Shown here one piece after another: positions 19,657 to 29,455 of a stretch of DNA of 64,000 nt. The position numbers and the translations under genes are program-made. Every line of letters starts with the position of its first letter. The first letter of the stretch is position 1. Location of the stretch: contig CBDCEW010000102.1 of assembly GCA_965215885.1 (NCBI GenBank), positions 32,001-96,000 of the forward strand, written 5' to 3'. The notes beneath the pieces are model-generated. The model saw only the letters and a list, made by a program, of their open reading frames with translations. It was not told where the DNA came from and did no database searches. Source of the DNA: Candidatus Moanibacter sp. Its GTDB lineage: Bacteria > Verrucomicrobiota > Verrucomicrobiia > Opitutales > UBA2987.

Positions 19657-20894
19657 CCCCTTCGGCGGCGTTTCAGATTCAACTCCGCCGCATTGCTAAA
19701 ACCCTTGTTGCGTCGCTTCGGTTGCGGCTTCTTATCCTCCAGAACGGGCGACCAGTTGTAATCGAAGCCCTCTACTCTCTTTCGTTCGATGGGCTGTCCC
19801 ACAAAGTTCTCGATTCCGCGCAGAAAGTCTCTGTCACTTGCTGTGAACAAAGTTACCGCGTCGCCCTCTTTGCTCATTCGACCGGTTCGCCCGAGTCGAT
19901 GAACATAATCCTCGGGATGCTGTGGAATGTCATAATTGATGACGTGACTTACGTCCGCGATGTCGATGCCGCGTGAAACAATATCAGTGGCAACAAGAAT
20001 ATCCACTTTCCCGTTTTTGAATCCCATCAAGGCACTATCACGCTCCTTCTGGGAGCGATCTGAGTGAAGAATCGCCGAATTGTGCCTCGCCGAGGAAAGC
20101 CATCTTCCGATCATCTCAGCGCCGACCTTGGTCCGGCAAAAAATAAGCACGCTCTTAAATTCGTCCCTTTTCAATATTTCCAGGAGAAGGTCGAATTTTT
20201 GCCGGTCGTCGACCGGGAAGACGGCGTGGCTGATTTTTGCCGCCAATTCTGTTCCACTGCCAATCGCTACGCGGACAGGATTCCGCAGGACCCATCCGGC
20301 CATGGTATCGATCTCAGGCACCAGAGTCGCGGAAAAGAGCATGCTCTGTCGCTTTCGCGGACACTCCCGTATTATTCTCCGAACGTCGGGAATGAACCCC
20401 ATGTCGAGCATTCTGTCCGCCTCGTCGAGGATGAGGATTTCGATCTGCCTGAGTGAAAGTGTTCGCTGGCCCAGATGGTCGAGCAATCTTCCTGGTGTGG
20501 CGACGACAATATCGGCTCCCTCTTTCAATTCCTGCCGCTGCTTCCCGTATCCAACGCCACCGTGCAAGAGGGTGACACGAAGATTGAGCGCCTTGCCATA
20601 AGCGCGGAATGCCCTCTCAACCTGTTGAGCGAGTTCCCGAGTCGGCTCCAGCACGAGGCACCGTAATTGGCCATGTTTTCGCAAAAGGGTGAGCACAGGG
20701 AGGGCAAAAGCAGCTGTCTTGCCAGTTCCTGTCTGGGCGGCGCCGATGATATCCTTACCATTCAGTACTAAAGGTATTGCTCGGGCCTGAATCGGAGTCG
20801 GTTCCTCGTACCCCTGTGCCTCGACGCCCCGTAGCACCGCTTCGCTGAGATTGAGATTCTGAAAATTTAACTGTTTCTGAGATACGTCACTCAT
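19653..20894 (-). CDS. DEAD-box RNA helicase (RhlE-like)
   Basis: PTPIQ, AQTGTGKT, PTRELA, DEADRMLDMGF, SAT, HRLGRTGR. Confidence 0.95.
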   Translation of the reverse strand: MSDVSQKQLNFQNLNLSEAVLRGVEAQGYEEPTPIQARAIPLVLNGKDIIGAAQTGTGKTAAFALPVLTLLRKHGQLRCLVLEPTRELAQQVERAFRAYGKALNLRVTLLHGGVGYGKQRQELKEGADIVVATPGRLLDHLGQRTLSLRQIEILILDEADRMLDMGFIPDVRRIIRECPRKRQSMLFSATLVPEIDTMAGWVLRNPVRVAIGSGTELAAKISHAVFPVDDRQKFDLLLEILKRDEFKSVLIFCRTKVGAEMIGRWLSSARHNSAILHSDRSQKERDSALMGFKNGKVDILVATDIVSRGIDIADVSHVINYDIPQHPEDYVHRLGRTGRMSKEGDAVTLFTASDRDFLRGIENFVGQPIERKRVEGFDYNWSPVLEDKKPQPKRRNKGFSNAAELNLKRRRRG

Positions 20895-21106
20895 TCATTG
20901 ATTGGGATTGCAAGTGTTTGATGCTCAAACCACTCTGCTTGAATTGCAGATTTTAGACACCGCGTATTTAGGGCCAAGGCTCACTTCTTCGCAAGATTAA
21001 ATACACGGGAATCTGTTGGACTCAATATTGCAAATTCTCCTTCATACCGATCTCATTTCGACAGATCGAAGTTCAAACGAAAACCAGGCCGCGAGATTCC
21101 CTGGAA

Positions 21107-21976
21107 GTGCCATTCTCCAGAAAATCCGATTACAGAGGACGAATTGCCCCGACACCGAGCGGGCTCCTCCACCTTGGACATGCTCGCACGTTTTCAATGG
21201 CGCACGATCGGGCAAAGGAAAAATGTGGCATCCTTATCCTGCGCAACGAAGATCTGGACCATCAACGCTGCAGATCGGAATTTGTCGAGAGTATGATGAG
21301 AGATCTTCGATGGTTTGGTTTCACTTGGGAAGAAGGGCCGGATGTGGGCGGTCCTTTTTCTCCCTATGTTCAGAGCAAGAGGCTTCATCTTTATCAGGAG
21401 GTTTGGCAGAAACTCAAATCTGACGGCCTCATCTATCCATCCCCCCACTCACGTAAGGATGTAAGACGAGCCCTCCAGGCTCCTCACCAAGGAGTTGAGG
21501 AAGCAATCTTCCCACCCTCTTTGAGACCTGACGCAAGTACGGAGTCTACCCTGACGTGCCCCCAGAATCACAACTGGCGATTTCGAGTGGAGGACGGAGA
21601 AGTAATCACCTTCTCCGACGGTCGTAAAGGAGACGTTACCTATATTGCCGGAAAGGATTTCGGCGACTTTATAGTCTGGCGAAAAGATGGTTTCCCTTCT
21701 TACGAGTTAGCCGTCGTAACCGATGACCGTGCAATGAAGATCACCGAGGTCGTCCGCGGGGAAGATCTCCTTGTATCCACGGCAAGGCAATTGCTGATAT
21801 ACAGGGCTCTCGGCTGGACTCCACCAGACTTTTTTCATTGCCCCCTGGTGCGGGATGAGACAGGGAAACGCATGGCAAAAAGATCCGATTCACTCAGCCT
21901 GCACCACTTCCGCAATAAGGGGTTGGATCCCGCTGATATTCGAGCAAAATGGGGAGAGGAGTTTACATTTTCCTAA
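21107..21976 (+). CDS. gluQ: tRNA glutamyl-Q(34) synthetase
   Basis: APTPSGLLHLGH, LAVVTDD..ITEVVRGEDL, KRMAKR; no anticodon-binding domain. Confidence 0.9.
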   Translation: MPFSRKSDYRGRIAPTPSGLLHLGHARTFSMAHDRAKEKCGILILRNEDLDHQRCRSEFVESMMRDLRWFGFTWEEGPDVGGPFSPYVQSKRLHLYQEVWQKLKSDGLIYPSPHSRKDVRRALQAPHQGVEEAIFPPSLRPDASTESTLTCPQNHNWRFRVEDGEVITFSDGRKGDVTYIAGKDFGDFIVWRKDGFPSYELAVVTDDRAMKITEVVRGEDLLVSTARQLLIYRALGWTPPDFFHCPLVRDETGKRMAKRSDSLSLHHFRNKGLDPADIRAKWGEEFTFS

Positions 21977-22271
21977 AACAAGCGGGCCTCCGGTCCCACT
22001 AGGGAACCGAAGGCCCTCTCCCAATATGCAAAACACCGACAGCCATTAATGATGCAGGACCCATGCCAATAATCTCGGTAGTCCCTTATCTGCTTGCCCG
22101 CTAATGAGATAAGTTTTTCCACTCCAGTCCTCGTCTCATGGCGGTGTTCCAAACGCCGAAAAATGCAATGCATTAGCAATGCTTAAGTGCTGCAAATTGT
22201 TCCGACAAAGCCCTTGTGAAAGTAGAGAAAGAGGGGTATAAAGGGAGAGAAAAGAGAAAGAAGGAGAGCGA

Positions 22272-23089
22272 ATGGAAGAGAAGCGGAAGAAGAGGGGAGT
22301 TGGGCGCTGGATAATTCTTGGGATCGTGGTGTGGGCGGTTGGGTCGGGAACGTTAGCTGGGCGAAGCTGGACAACAACAGAGGGTGAAGAATTTGAAGCG
22401 GATCTGGTTCGGTACAAGAACGGAATAGTGATATTAAAGAAGAGCGAAGGCGGCAACACAATGTTATCGCTGGGCAAACTATCGGGGGCGGACCAGGAGT
22501 ATGTACGGGAAAAATATCCCGAGGGAGACAGGAAGGAAGCGGAGCGAGTAACGCGACAGGCACGGCCGGTGCCGAAACCGGCCCCTCAATCGAGGGAGGC
22601 GCCGCCGGCAATGCAACGGCAGCCGGAAAGGAGGCAGCCACAAGGACCAACTCCCTATTTGAAGGAACTCAATCCGGGAGATTTGGCGCCCGAAGTAATT
22701 GGGCGACTACCAAAGAGCGGGGAGAAGATGGAACTTACCAAGCTGAAGGGAACACTGGTTCTGATCGATTTTTTTCGATACAGAACCAAAGGACACGGAA
22801 GGAGATGCCGGCCGTAGTGGCGGCCTACAGGAAGTACGGTGGAAAGGGTTTCGAAATAATCGGCGTCACGCTTGAAAGCGACTATCGGTCCCTCTATAAA
22901 TTCAAGCAGGCCTACGGGGTTACGTGGTCAACGACAACGGATAAGTATAAGAGACTCGTGAATCGATGGGGCGTTGTTGCCATACCGACACGGGTACTTG
23001 TCGACCAGAATGGGTATATTTTGAAGGAGCATGTTCACGCTCAGAACCTGGACGCCACGATTCAGAAATATCTCAGGCGGAGGCGCTAG
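22272..23089 (+). pseudogene. SHD1-domain + TlpA-like redoxin, frameshifted in a T7 run (22769-22775)
   Basis: SHD1-like RSWTTTEG..EA..LSGADQEYV; VLIDF in one frame and EMPAVVAAY..GFEIIGV..WGVVAIPT.VLVD in the other. Confidence 0.7.
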
Positions 23090-23267
23090 CCCGCAAATTT
23101 CACAAGCCATCTGCTACGACAGCGGATCTTACGGCACCTCAAGGACTTGGCTCGTCCGCCGACTTCCACGTGTTCCAACACACCGTCATCCGCCGGACTT
23201 TGGTAAGCCCTTGATCCGCCGCAACCTCCGCTGTCTCGCGACGAAGTGTGTGAAATATGCGGGCTAG
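23086..23267. mobile_element. MITE family CCCGAACATTTCAC, copy B
   Basis: CTAGCCCGCAAATTTCACA...TGTGAAATATGCGGGCTAG; same length as copy A. Confidence 0.85.
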
Positions 23268-23302
23268 GAATCTGCCGGGCTTGGAGTCCGACAGATTCCT
23301 AG
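23264..23302. repeat. Minimal (ends-only) GGAATCTGTCGG-family MITE
   Basis: CTAGGAATCTGCCGG...CCGACAGATTCCTAG, sharing a CTAG with copy B. Confidence 0.75.
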
Positions 23303-24051
23303 CTGCATCGAATCCAAACAGTCGCCTGGGCCACGCTCCACTGAAATTTTCGGGCGTGTTCGCGAATAAGGAAGGGCATATCCCTGGCGGAAACCAATTC
23401 AAATTCGCCGTCGAGGATCACTTTTATTACATCGAGGGGAGCGCCTGAATCGGGAGTACCGCCCAACCAGTTCCGTCGCGGGGTATGGTCTTGAGACCAG
23501 GTGTTGGGAGTGGTAAGGATCAGTTGCCGGCCCGGTTTGAGGAGGGAACTGAATCGGGCGAGCAATTGGCGTGGATGAGTCATTCGGCAGAGAATATTAG
23601 CGGCGTGCACAACATCGAAAGTACCGATTGACTCGGGCAGGCTGTGAGCGTCTCCGATCTGGAAGTGAACCCGGCTTCGATCGATACCAACCGGGACGAG
23701 TGCGAGAGCGGGTTCAACGACTTCGCCCACAATCTTCTTCCGATAATTCAACTCACCGAATTCTCTGAGGGTATTCGCGGCCCCGATAAAAGTGGCAGAA
23801 TAATCGATAGCGACCACCTCAGCACAATAGCGTGCCAGCTCAAAACTTGAACGGCCTACGGCACAACCGAGATCCAGGGCACGCGCCGGGAAGGGCAACA
23901 CATTGCGGTCGAGACACTCCGATATGGATCGGCGTGGAAAGCCGAGCGCACTCTTGGGACCAAACGGATAGGGTAGAATCTCCTCAGGATCGCCGTAATG
24001 GAAGAGAAGATACTCCTGGAGTAACTCATCCGATTCATAAAGATTCTCCAT
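23299..24051 (-). CDS. SAM-dependent methyltransferase resembling the OvoA C-terminal (mercaptohistidine N-methyltransferase) domain
   Basis: YESDELLQEYLLFHYG, ALDLGCAVGRSSFEL, FLIREHARKFQ. Confidence 0.8.
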   Translation of the reverse strand: MENLYESDELLQEYLLFHYGDPEEILPYPFGPKSALGFPRRSISECLDRNVLPFPARALDLGCAVGRSSFELARYCAEVVAIDYSATFIGAANTLREFGELNYRKKIVGEVVEPALALVPVGIDRSRVHFQIGDAHSLPESIGTFDVVHAANILCRMTHPRQLLARFSSLLKPGRQLILTTPNTWSQDHTPRRNWLGGTPDSGAPLDVIKVILDGEFELVSARDMPFLIREHARKFQWSVAQATVWIRCS

Positions 24052-24106
24052 GGCGAGTAATCAAACCGTAGATGACCTCCCGCAGGAGTCGGAGCCGAAA
24101 GCGTCC

Positions 24107-25261
24107 TTAGTTCTCCAGCAGAGAGATCAGGTAAGCGGTAGGTTTATAATTGGCCAGGACTACGGTAGTAGAGCCGCCGCGATTCATACGCACTTCCGGG
24201 ATGTTTATCTCCGGAGTCTTAAAGGGAGCGAATAGGATATCGTCATGCGTTGCATTCTTATGCTCGGAAAACAGATCCGGCGTGAGGTGACCTCCTAGAT
24301 GATCGCTACGACCGGTAGCAACGTGGATCGTACCGAGGATTTTCTCGTCCTGAATATCGCGGCCGGAGACAGGTAAGACTTGCGTGCCGAAGCCCAATTC
24401 ACCGATTTCGCCGGTTACAGGGTCCGAAGAGAGTTTTTCATTGTGCGCATCGATCGTACTCTGCTCTCCGCTGAGTAGTTGGGCTTTCCTGATACGGCCG
24501 CCACTCACTTCCATGATACCGATACTGCTGTCGCTGTAATACATAGGGAATTCTCCCTCCGCCCCTTCAGGAACGAAATAGACTTCCCCGGCCGGTAAAT
24601 TGGCAACGTCAGGGGTTTTGCCGCGGCAGAGCCCATGGCTTTTCTGCGCCTCCTGCTCATTGCAGATAAGCCTGAGCACGTAGAGATCCCCCGATACCTC
24701 GAAATCGATCTCGAAGGAATCGGCCCTGGTCATTCCGGCGCGGAGTTTCTCCGCGTCGTGGCTCACCTCATTGTAATCGACGCAAAGGCCCGAAGTGAGA
24801 ATCGTTTCATTCAGCCCGTGCAGAGTGGCGCCTCGAAAACCGAATCGTTTTGCCGAGGCTGTCAGAGGCGCGGTGGCTGAATATGTGGAAATGCACAGGA
24901 AGATATCAATTGCGGGGTAGAGCTCTCCTTCAAAGCTCATGCAGTTTCCGTCGACGTCATACGCTTCATCCGGAAGATCGAGGTTGCTGCCCCCGGTAAC
25001 CTTATAGGCAAACATGTCGCCGCCTGTGAGGCCCAGACCGTCGAGTTCTCCGTTCCCGAATGCCTTGTGAAAAATGGAATAGGCATATTGTTGAATGGAG
25101 AGCGATGGATCCTTCAGAAAAGCGAAGTCCTTTATTTGGGAGGGTTCTTCCAGGTCGATAAGGATCGCTACACGCTCGCCTCCCTCGGGTTCGAATACCG
25201 TATCGAGAAGTCGGGTAATACTGAAGGGCGGGAACGTGCGCTGTGAAGGATTCAGGATCAT
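24107..25261 (-). CDS. M29/aminopeptidase T-like metalloprotein
   Basis: NLPAGEVYFVP, GELGFGT, DEKILGTIHVATG, HDD. Confidence 0.7.
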   Translation of the reverse strand: MILNPSQRTFPPFSITRLLDTVFEPEGGERVAILIDLEEPSQIKDFAFLKDPSLSIQQYAYSIFHKAFGNGELDGLGLTGGDMFAYKVTGGSNLDLPDEAYDVDGNCMSFEGELYPAIDIFLCISTYSATAPLTASAKRFGFRGATLHGLNETILTSGLCVDYNEVSHDAEKLRAGMTRADSFEIDFEVSGDLYVLRLICNEQEAQKSHGLCRGKTPDVANLPAGEVYFVPEGAEGEFPMYYSDSSIGIMEVSGGRIRKAQLLSGEQSTIDAHNEKLSSDPVTGEIGELGFGTQVLPVSGRDIQDEKILGTIHVATGRSDHLGGHLTPDLFSEHKNATHDDILFAPFKTPEINIPEVRMNRGGSTTVVLANYKPTAYLISLLEN

Positions 25262-25264
25262 GTT

Positions 25265-27196
25265 ATGGCGGTTATAGTATGTGCGTTTTGCTTTGTAAAG
25301 CATCCGATGCATTCTCGTTGCATTTCTCCAGGCCAATTCCTATTAGTTTCAACTTTGGATAAGATTACCAGGACATGGCGAAGCATTCGCCGAGGAGCGA
25401 GCTTTCTTCTTGAGCATAATCGACTCGATCCATTTCCGATTAGAAGATCCATCCGGGGCTATGATCGGTTCAAAGCGCGGAGCGACATTCGCGCCGGAAT
25501 AAATGTAGCCTTGCTGGCTTTTCCACAGGGTATGGCCTATGCTTATATCGGTGGCCTGCCGATCGAATACGGTATCTATGGTTCCGCCGTGGCCGCTATG
25601 GTGGGGCCCCTCTTTTCCGGCTCACGGTTTCTTTTATTGGGACCGACTAACGCTACTTCGGTCTTACTCTTTTCCTCATTTCTCGCACTCAACGTCTCAG
25701 AGTCTGAGAAACTTGCCATGTTGCCGCTCCTTGTCGCGATGGTGGGTGCATTCCTCATGTTTTGCGCCATTTGTCGAGTAGCAAATCTCATCCAATACGT
25801 CTCCCGCACCGTAGTAACGGGCTATATCGCCGCCGCCGCCCTTTACATTATTCTGAATCAGGTCCGCAAGGTGCTCGGGATCGATATTGAGATCCCGCAA
25901 GGGACCACCTTTTTCGGAATTGTCCGCCTCACAGCGGCGAGTTTGCCCGACCTCCACATTCCCTCGCTTTTCGTCGGCGTGCTTACCGCGGTCCTTTTCG
26001 TTGTTCTGAAGAGGCGCTTCCGAGAGTTGCCCACCGTCGCCACGACACTCTTCACTATGTCCCTCGCAATATTCGTTTGCGACGCGGCTTTAGAAAAAAG
26101 CAGCGCTTTGGAGGGCATATTTGGTGAAGGCCTGAAAATGCTGCATTCCATTGACGCCGGAACGTGGTCCCTGGGCATTCCGCAATTCAACGATGAATGG
26201 ATCAGCCAGCTCGCCGGGACAGCCGGAATTCTCGCCTTTTTATCCATGCTCGAAGGCGCCGCGATCGGCAAGGAATTAGCCGCTCGAGCCGGAGAGAGAC
26301 TCGATACCAATCAGGAGATCTTCGGTATGGGGGTCGCAAATATCGCTTGCTCATTCGCTTCCGGGATGCCGGCTTCGGGTTCGCTGACGCGCTCGCAACT
26401 GAATTGGGGGAGCGGCGCCTCGACACCTCTCGCCAGCATTCTCTGTGGCTTCGTTTGCGTTCTGGGCGCATACTTGCTGGGGCCCTTTATCAGGTTCATT
26501 CCACAGGCCGTGCTCGGTGTCCTCGTCATAACGATAGGACTCTCGTTAATCAACCGGCGCGAGATACGCGTTGTAACGAAGACAACGCGATCTGATGCTA
26601 TTGTATTTGTCGCCACATTTGGCGCCGCCGTATTTGTGGGACTTGCGTTCGGGATAGTCCTCGGTACGGCTATCTCAATAGGGCTTTTCCTGAGAAAGGC
26701 GGCCACCCCCGAGCTGGTGGAATACGCATTCTCGGAAGAGGGCTACCTCACTCAGCTCACAGCGGGGAAGCGACCCGACCCTGAAGTCTCGATTGTCCAC
26801 GTGGAGGGGGAACTCTTCTTTGGAGCGGCGGAACTCTTTCGCGATCAGATGCGAAGAGTCGTGGAAGACCCAAACCTGAAGATCGTGATTCTAAAAATGA
26901 GAAACGCGCACCATCTGGATGCAACGAGTGTCCTCGCCTTAGAGGAACTCATCGTATATCTCAACCAGACCGACCGGCACCTTCTCGTCAGTGAGGCGCG
27001 CAAGGAAGTCGTGAGAGTATTCAAGAACTCAGGGCTGATGGAAATCCTCGGGCGCGAGAATTTCTTTGCCGATGCCGCGAGAAATCCCGTGCTCTCGACC
27101 GCACGCGCCATAAAAAGGGCCCGCCAGATTCTCGCTGGGCAATCTGCTCGCGTCACGATATTTGCCGAGGGAAAGAAACCCAGCAAGAGGGGTTAA
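25265..27196 (+). CDS. SulP family anion transporter with STAS domain (true start probably somewhat downstream)
   Basis: PQGMAYA, GPTNA, DTNQE, LFFGAA, HLDAT. Confidence 0.93.
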   Translation: MAVIVCAFCFVKHPMHSRCISPGQFLLVSTLDKITRTWRSIRRGASFLLEHNRLDPFPIRRSIRGYDRFKARSDIRAGINVALLAFPQGMAYAYIGGLPIEYGIYGSAVAAMVGPLFSGSRFLLLGPTNATSVLLFSSFLALNVSESEKLAMLPLLVAMVGAFLMFCAICRVANLIQYVSRTVVTGYIAAAALYIILNQVRKVLGIDIEIPQGTTFFGIVRLTAASLPDLHIPSLFVGVLTAVLFVVLKRRFRELPTVATTLFTMSLAIFVCDAALEKSSALEGIFGEGLKMLHSIDAGTWSLGIPQFNDEWISQLAGTAGILAFLSMLEGAAIGKELAARAGERLDTNQEIFGMGVANIACSFASGMPASGSLTRSQLNWGSGASTPLASILCGFVCVLGAYLLGPFIRFIPQAVLGVLVITIGLSLINRREIRVVTKTTRSDAIVFVATFGAAVFVGLAFGIVLGTAISIGLFLRKAATPELVEYAFSEEGYLTQLTAGKRPDPEVSIVHVEGELFFGAAELFRDQMRRVVEDPNLKIVILKMRNAHHLDATSVLALEELIVYLNQTDRHLLVSEARKEVVRVFKNSGLMEILGRENFFADAARNPVLSTARAIKRARQILAGQSARVTIFAEGKKPSKRG

Positions 27197-27715
27197 ACAT
27201 CACTTTCACGGTGAATAGATATTGCAATTCTCCAGACTGTCCTTATTGTTTGTTAACTTTCTTTACATTTTATTTACGCTGCTTCTGCTTCGCTGCTCTT
27301 TCAGCATCGTGTTTATTATAATATTATGACCAAAAATGAAGAATATCATTGGGAACCTGAAGGGGTTCAATCTGGGGGACATACCGGTCGGTATGAATAT
27401 CCCCGCCCTCATTATTACCTGGATTATACCTTTGTGGGGCAAGGTATTAGATTCCGCTTATAACTTTAGTCTCATCTGGAACGCCCGCATCTTTTCCGGT
27501 GCAAACGGGCAGCTGAGTTCCGAGAAAGAGAACAATTGCCTCTTCACGATGATGGAGGGAGAGATCCGCTTGGCAGGAAAAGGTTGCTCAGCGCGTCGAA
27601 TGGGACAAGTCCGTCACAGTTTGGCGGACAACTCCGGGCAAAGTGCGAACTTACACACGTATTAGAATTTCGTATATAAAACTATACTCATAATAAACGC
27701 GAAAGGAAGAATATC

Positions 27716-28060
27716 ATGAATAATCGTAGTGAAAGGGGATTCACCCTCGTGGAAATAATGATCGTTGTGGTGATCATCGGCTTACTCGCCGCCATGGCGA
27801 TACCAGCCTTCAACAAGGTGCGGGAGACCTCCCAGGATAAAGCGGTCACCAACAACCTGCGCCAGATAGCCTCTGCTGCACAGCAGTATATGCTCGATGA
27901 GGGAGTATCACAAGTATCGACCGTCATGATTCTGGGACCCGGACTACACATGACCGGTCTTTCCAGTGTGGCCGATGAAACCTATGACGTCACGGTGGGA
28001 ACAAATACCACCCGCATACAAACAGCACTCAATGCCAGGACTATATTCTACGAATTCTGA
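27716..28060 (+). CDS. Type IV pilin-like protein (class III signal peptide)
   Basis: RG|FTLVEIMIVVVIIGLLAAMAIP. Confidence 0.92.
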   Translation: MNNRSERGFTLVEIMIVVVIIGLLAAMAIPAFNKVRETSQDKAVTNNLRQIASAAQQYMLDEGVSQVSTVMILGPGLHMTGLSSVADETYDVTVGTNTTRIQTALNARTIFYEF

Positions 28061-28092
28061 GCCGGAGAATCATAGAAAATCGAAATGTGGAG

Positions 28093-28125
28093 AACGGATG
28101 GCCGGGTTTTCCCGCCATCCGTTTT
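28093..28125 (+). terminator. Intrinsic terminator after the pilin gene
   Basis: AACGGATGGC...GCCATCCGTT followed by TT. Confidence 0.7.
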
Positions 28126-28228
28126 GCTGTCCAATTTTTGAATTGAACGTAACGATAATTTATGGGTTCATTCATTCTCAGGGAACAAGCCACCCGCGAA
28201 CGGGACGATGTCGTCAGGTCTCGGCCAA

Positions 28229-29107
28229 ATGAATATCTACATAATCGTTTCCATTGCCAGGGCTTCTCAGAGAGCGATTGGGGCATTCAGCAGCAATGAA
28301 AAAGCCAATGGGTATATCGCGGAGCAGAATATTCAAGACGCGGAGATTTCTCTTTTTGAACTACCTTCGGATACCCGCGAGATGCCCGAAATGGTCCATA
28401 TCGCACACAAATCGGGGGGTGCGGGGCTCTATACAATATCGGGATATTTCCTGAAGAAGTTTGAGGCCACGCTAGCTCGGGGGGAAGGAGGCTACGTCAA
28501 GACCCTGAGCGTCGATGATCCCGACCCTGAAGCCATCGAGGAACGGCTGCCGGAAGAGAGGACCCGGGCCAGCGCTGAGAGGGCGCAATTGCACCCACCG
28601 GAAGCGATCGACACGGAATCCGGTGCAGGCGGTCGTCGAAATGTGATGTTCCTCATCGCTACCCTTTCCATACTGACTATTGTCAATGTCCTATACTATC
28701 TGCGCTCTCCAAGATTCGAGCTGGCAGAAAACGTCAGCTCTGTAGCATGGCTGCCGAGCGAGGCCAACGACATCTCCTATTTATTTACAGAGAAAGTGAG
28801 GGTCTTCGAATTCACGATCTCGGAATCGGGCTTCATGACTTGGTTAGTCGGCGAAGGTCTGACGGCTACGAAATTAGAAAACAGTAACATGAAAATCCCG
28901 CGTTACACGTTTGATGCTGATATTCCTATCGAAGGGCTGGAAAATGAAAGCGAAGAAGAGCAATTCGAGATTTGGGAATCATTTACTAAGGCGACGATCA
29001 GCGATGGATTCGCGTTCAATACTGAAGCACCGGATGAATCTTCCACCGTTATGGGGGGCTACGACCTGCCGAAGAAACGAGCTTACTACCGGCAGAAGTT
29101 TCATTGA
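28229..29107 (+). CDS. Hypothetical bitopic membrane protein
   Basis: Long ORF with one central TM helix (VMFLIATLSILTIVNVLYY). Confidence 0.7.
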   Translation: MNIYIIVSIARASQRAIGAFSSNEKANGYIAEQNIQDAEISLFELPSDTREMPEMVHIAHKSGGAGLYTISGYFLKKFEATLARGEGGYVKTLSVDDPDPEAIEERLPEERTRASAERAQLHPPEAIDTESGAGGRRNVMFLIATLSILTIVNVLYYLRSPRFELAENVSSVAWLPSEANDISYLFTEKVRVFEFTISESGFMTWLVGEGLTATKLENSNMKIPRYTFDADIPIEGLENESEEEQFEIWESFTKATISDGFAFNTEAPDESSTVMGGYDLPKKRAYYRQKFH

Positions 29108-29124
29108 GATAATTCTGCCCATCG

Positions 29125-29364
29125 ATGGATCAGATGCAGATCAATCAAGCCGAGTGGGAGAATCCTGAAAACTGGGGAGGGCCGAGGTGGTTCTCGATCT
29201 ATTTCAGCAAAAGGGATTCGCGCGTTTGGGTTAAGAAACAAATTCCCTGGATGGGGTGGACTTTAAACCTGGCCCACACTGGAGGCGTCCTTTGGTTTAC
29301 CCTGATATTTGTTGCGATTGTAGTCGCTGTGCTTTTCTTCCGCGCGACCACTTCCGCCCATTAG
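29125..29364 (+). CDS. DUF5808-like small membrane protein
   Basis: W...IYFSKRDSRVWVKK..GWTLNLAH plus a TM helix. Confidence 0.75.
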   Translation: MDQMQINQAEWENPENWGGPRWFSIYFSKRDSRVWVKKQIPWMGWTLNLAHTGGVLWFTLIFVAIVVAVLFFRATTSAH

Positions 29365-29455
29365 GTGACGACGGGCTATGGCACGGCCGCGCATACAATT
29401 GGCGCTACTTTTCGGGTCTGGAAGCAGCGAGTTTAATATCGCAGCTGGCAGAGCT

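Noticed and set aside
27336..27665. 109-aa ORF and a sigma54 promoter upstream of the pilin
   Set aside because: No recognisable motifs in the ORF. TGGCAGGAAAAGGTTGC has 12 rather than 10 nt between GG and GC.
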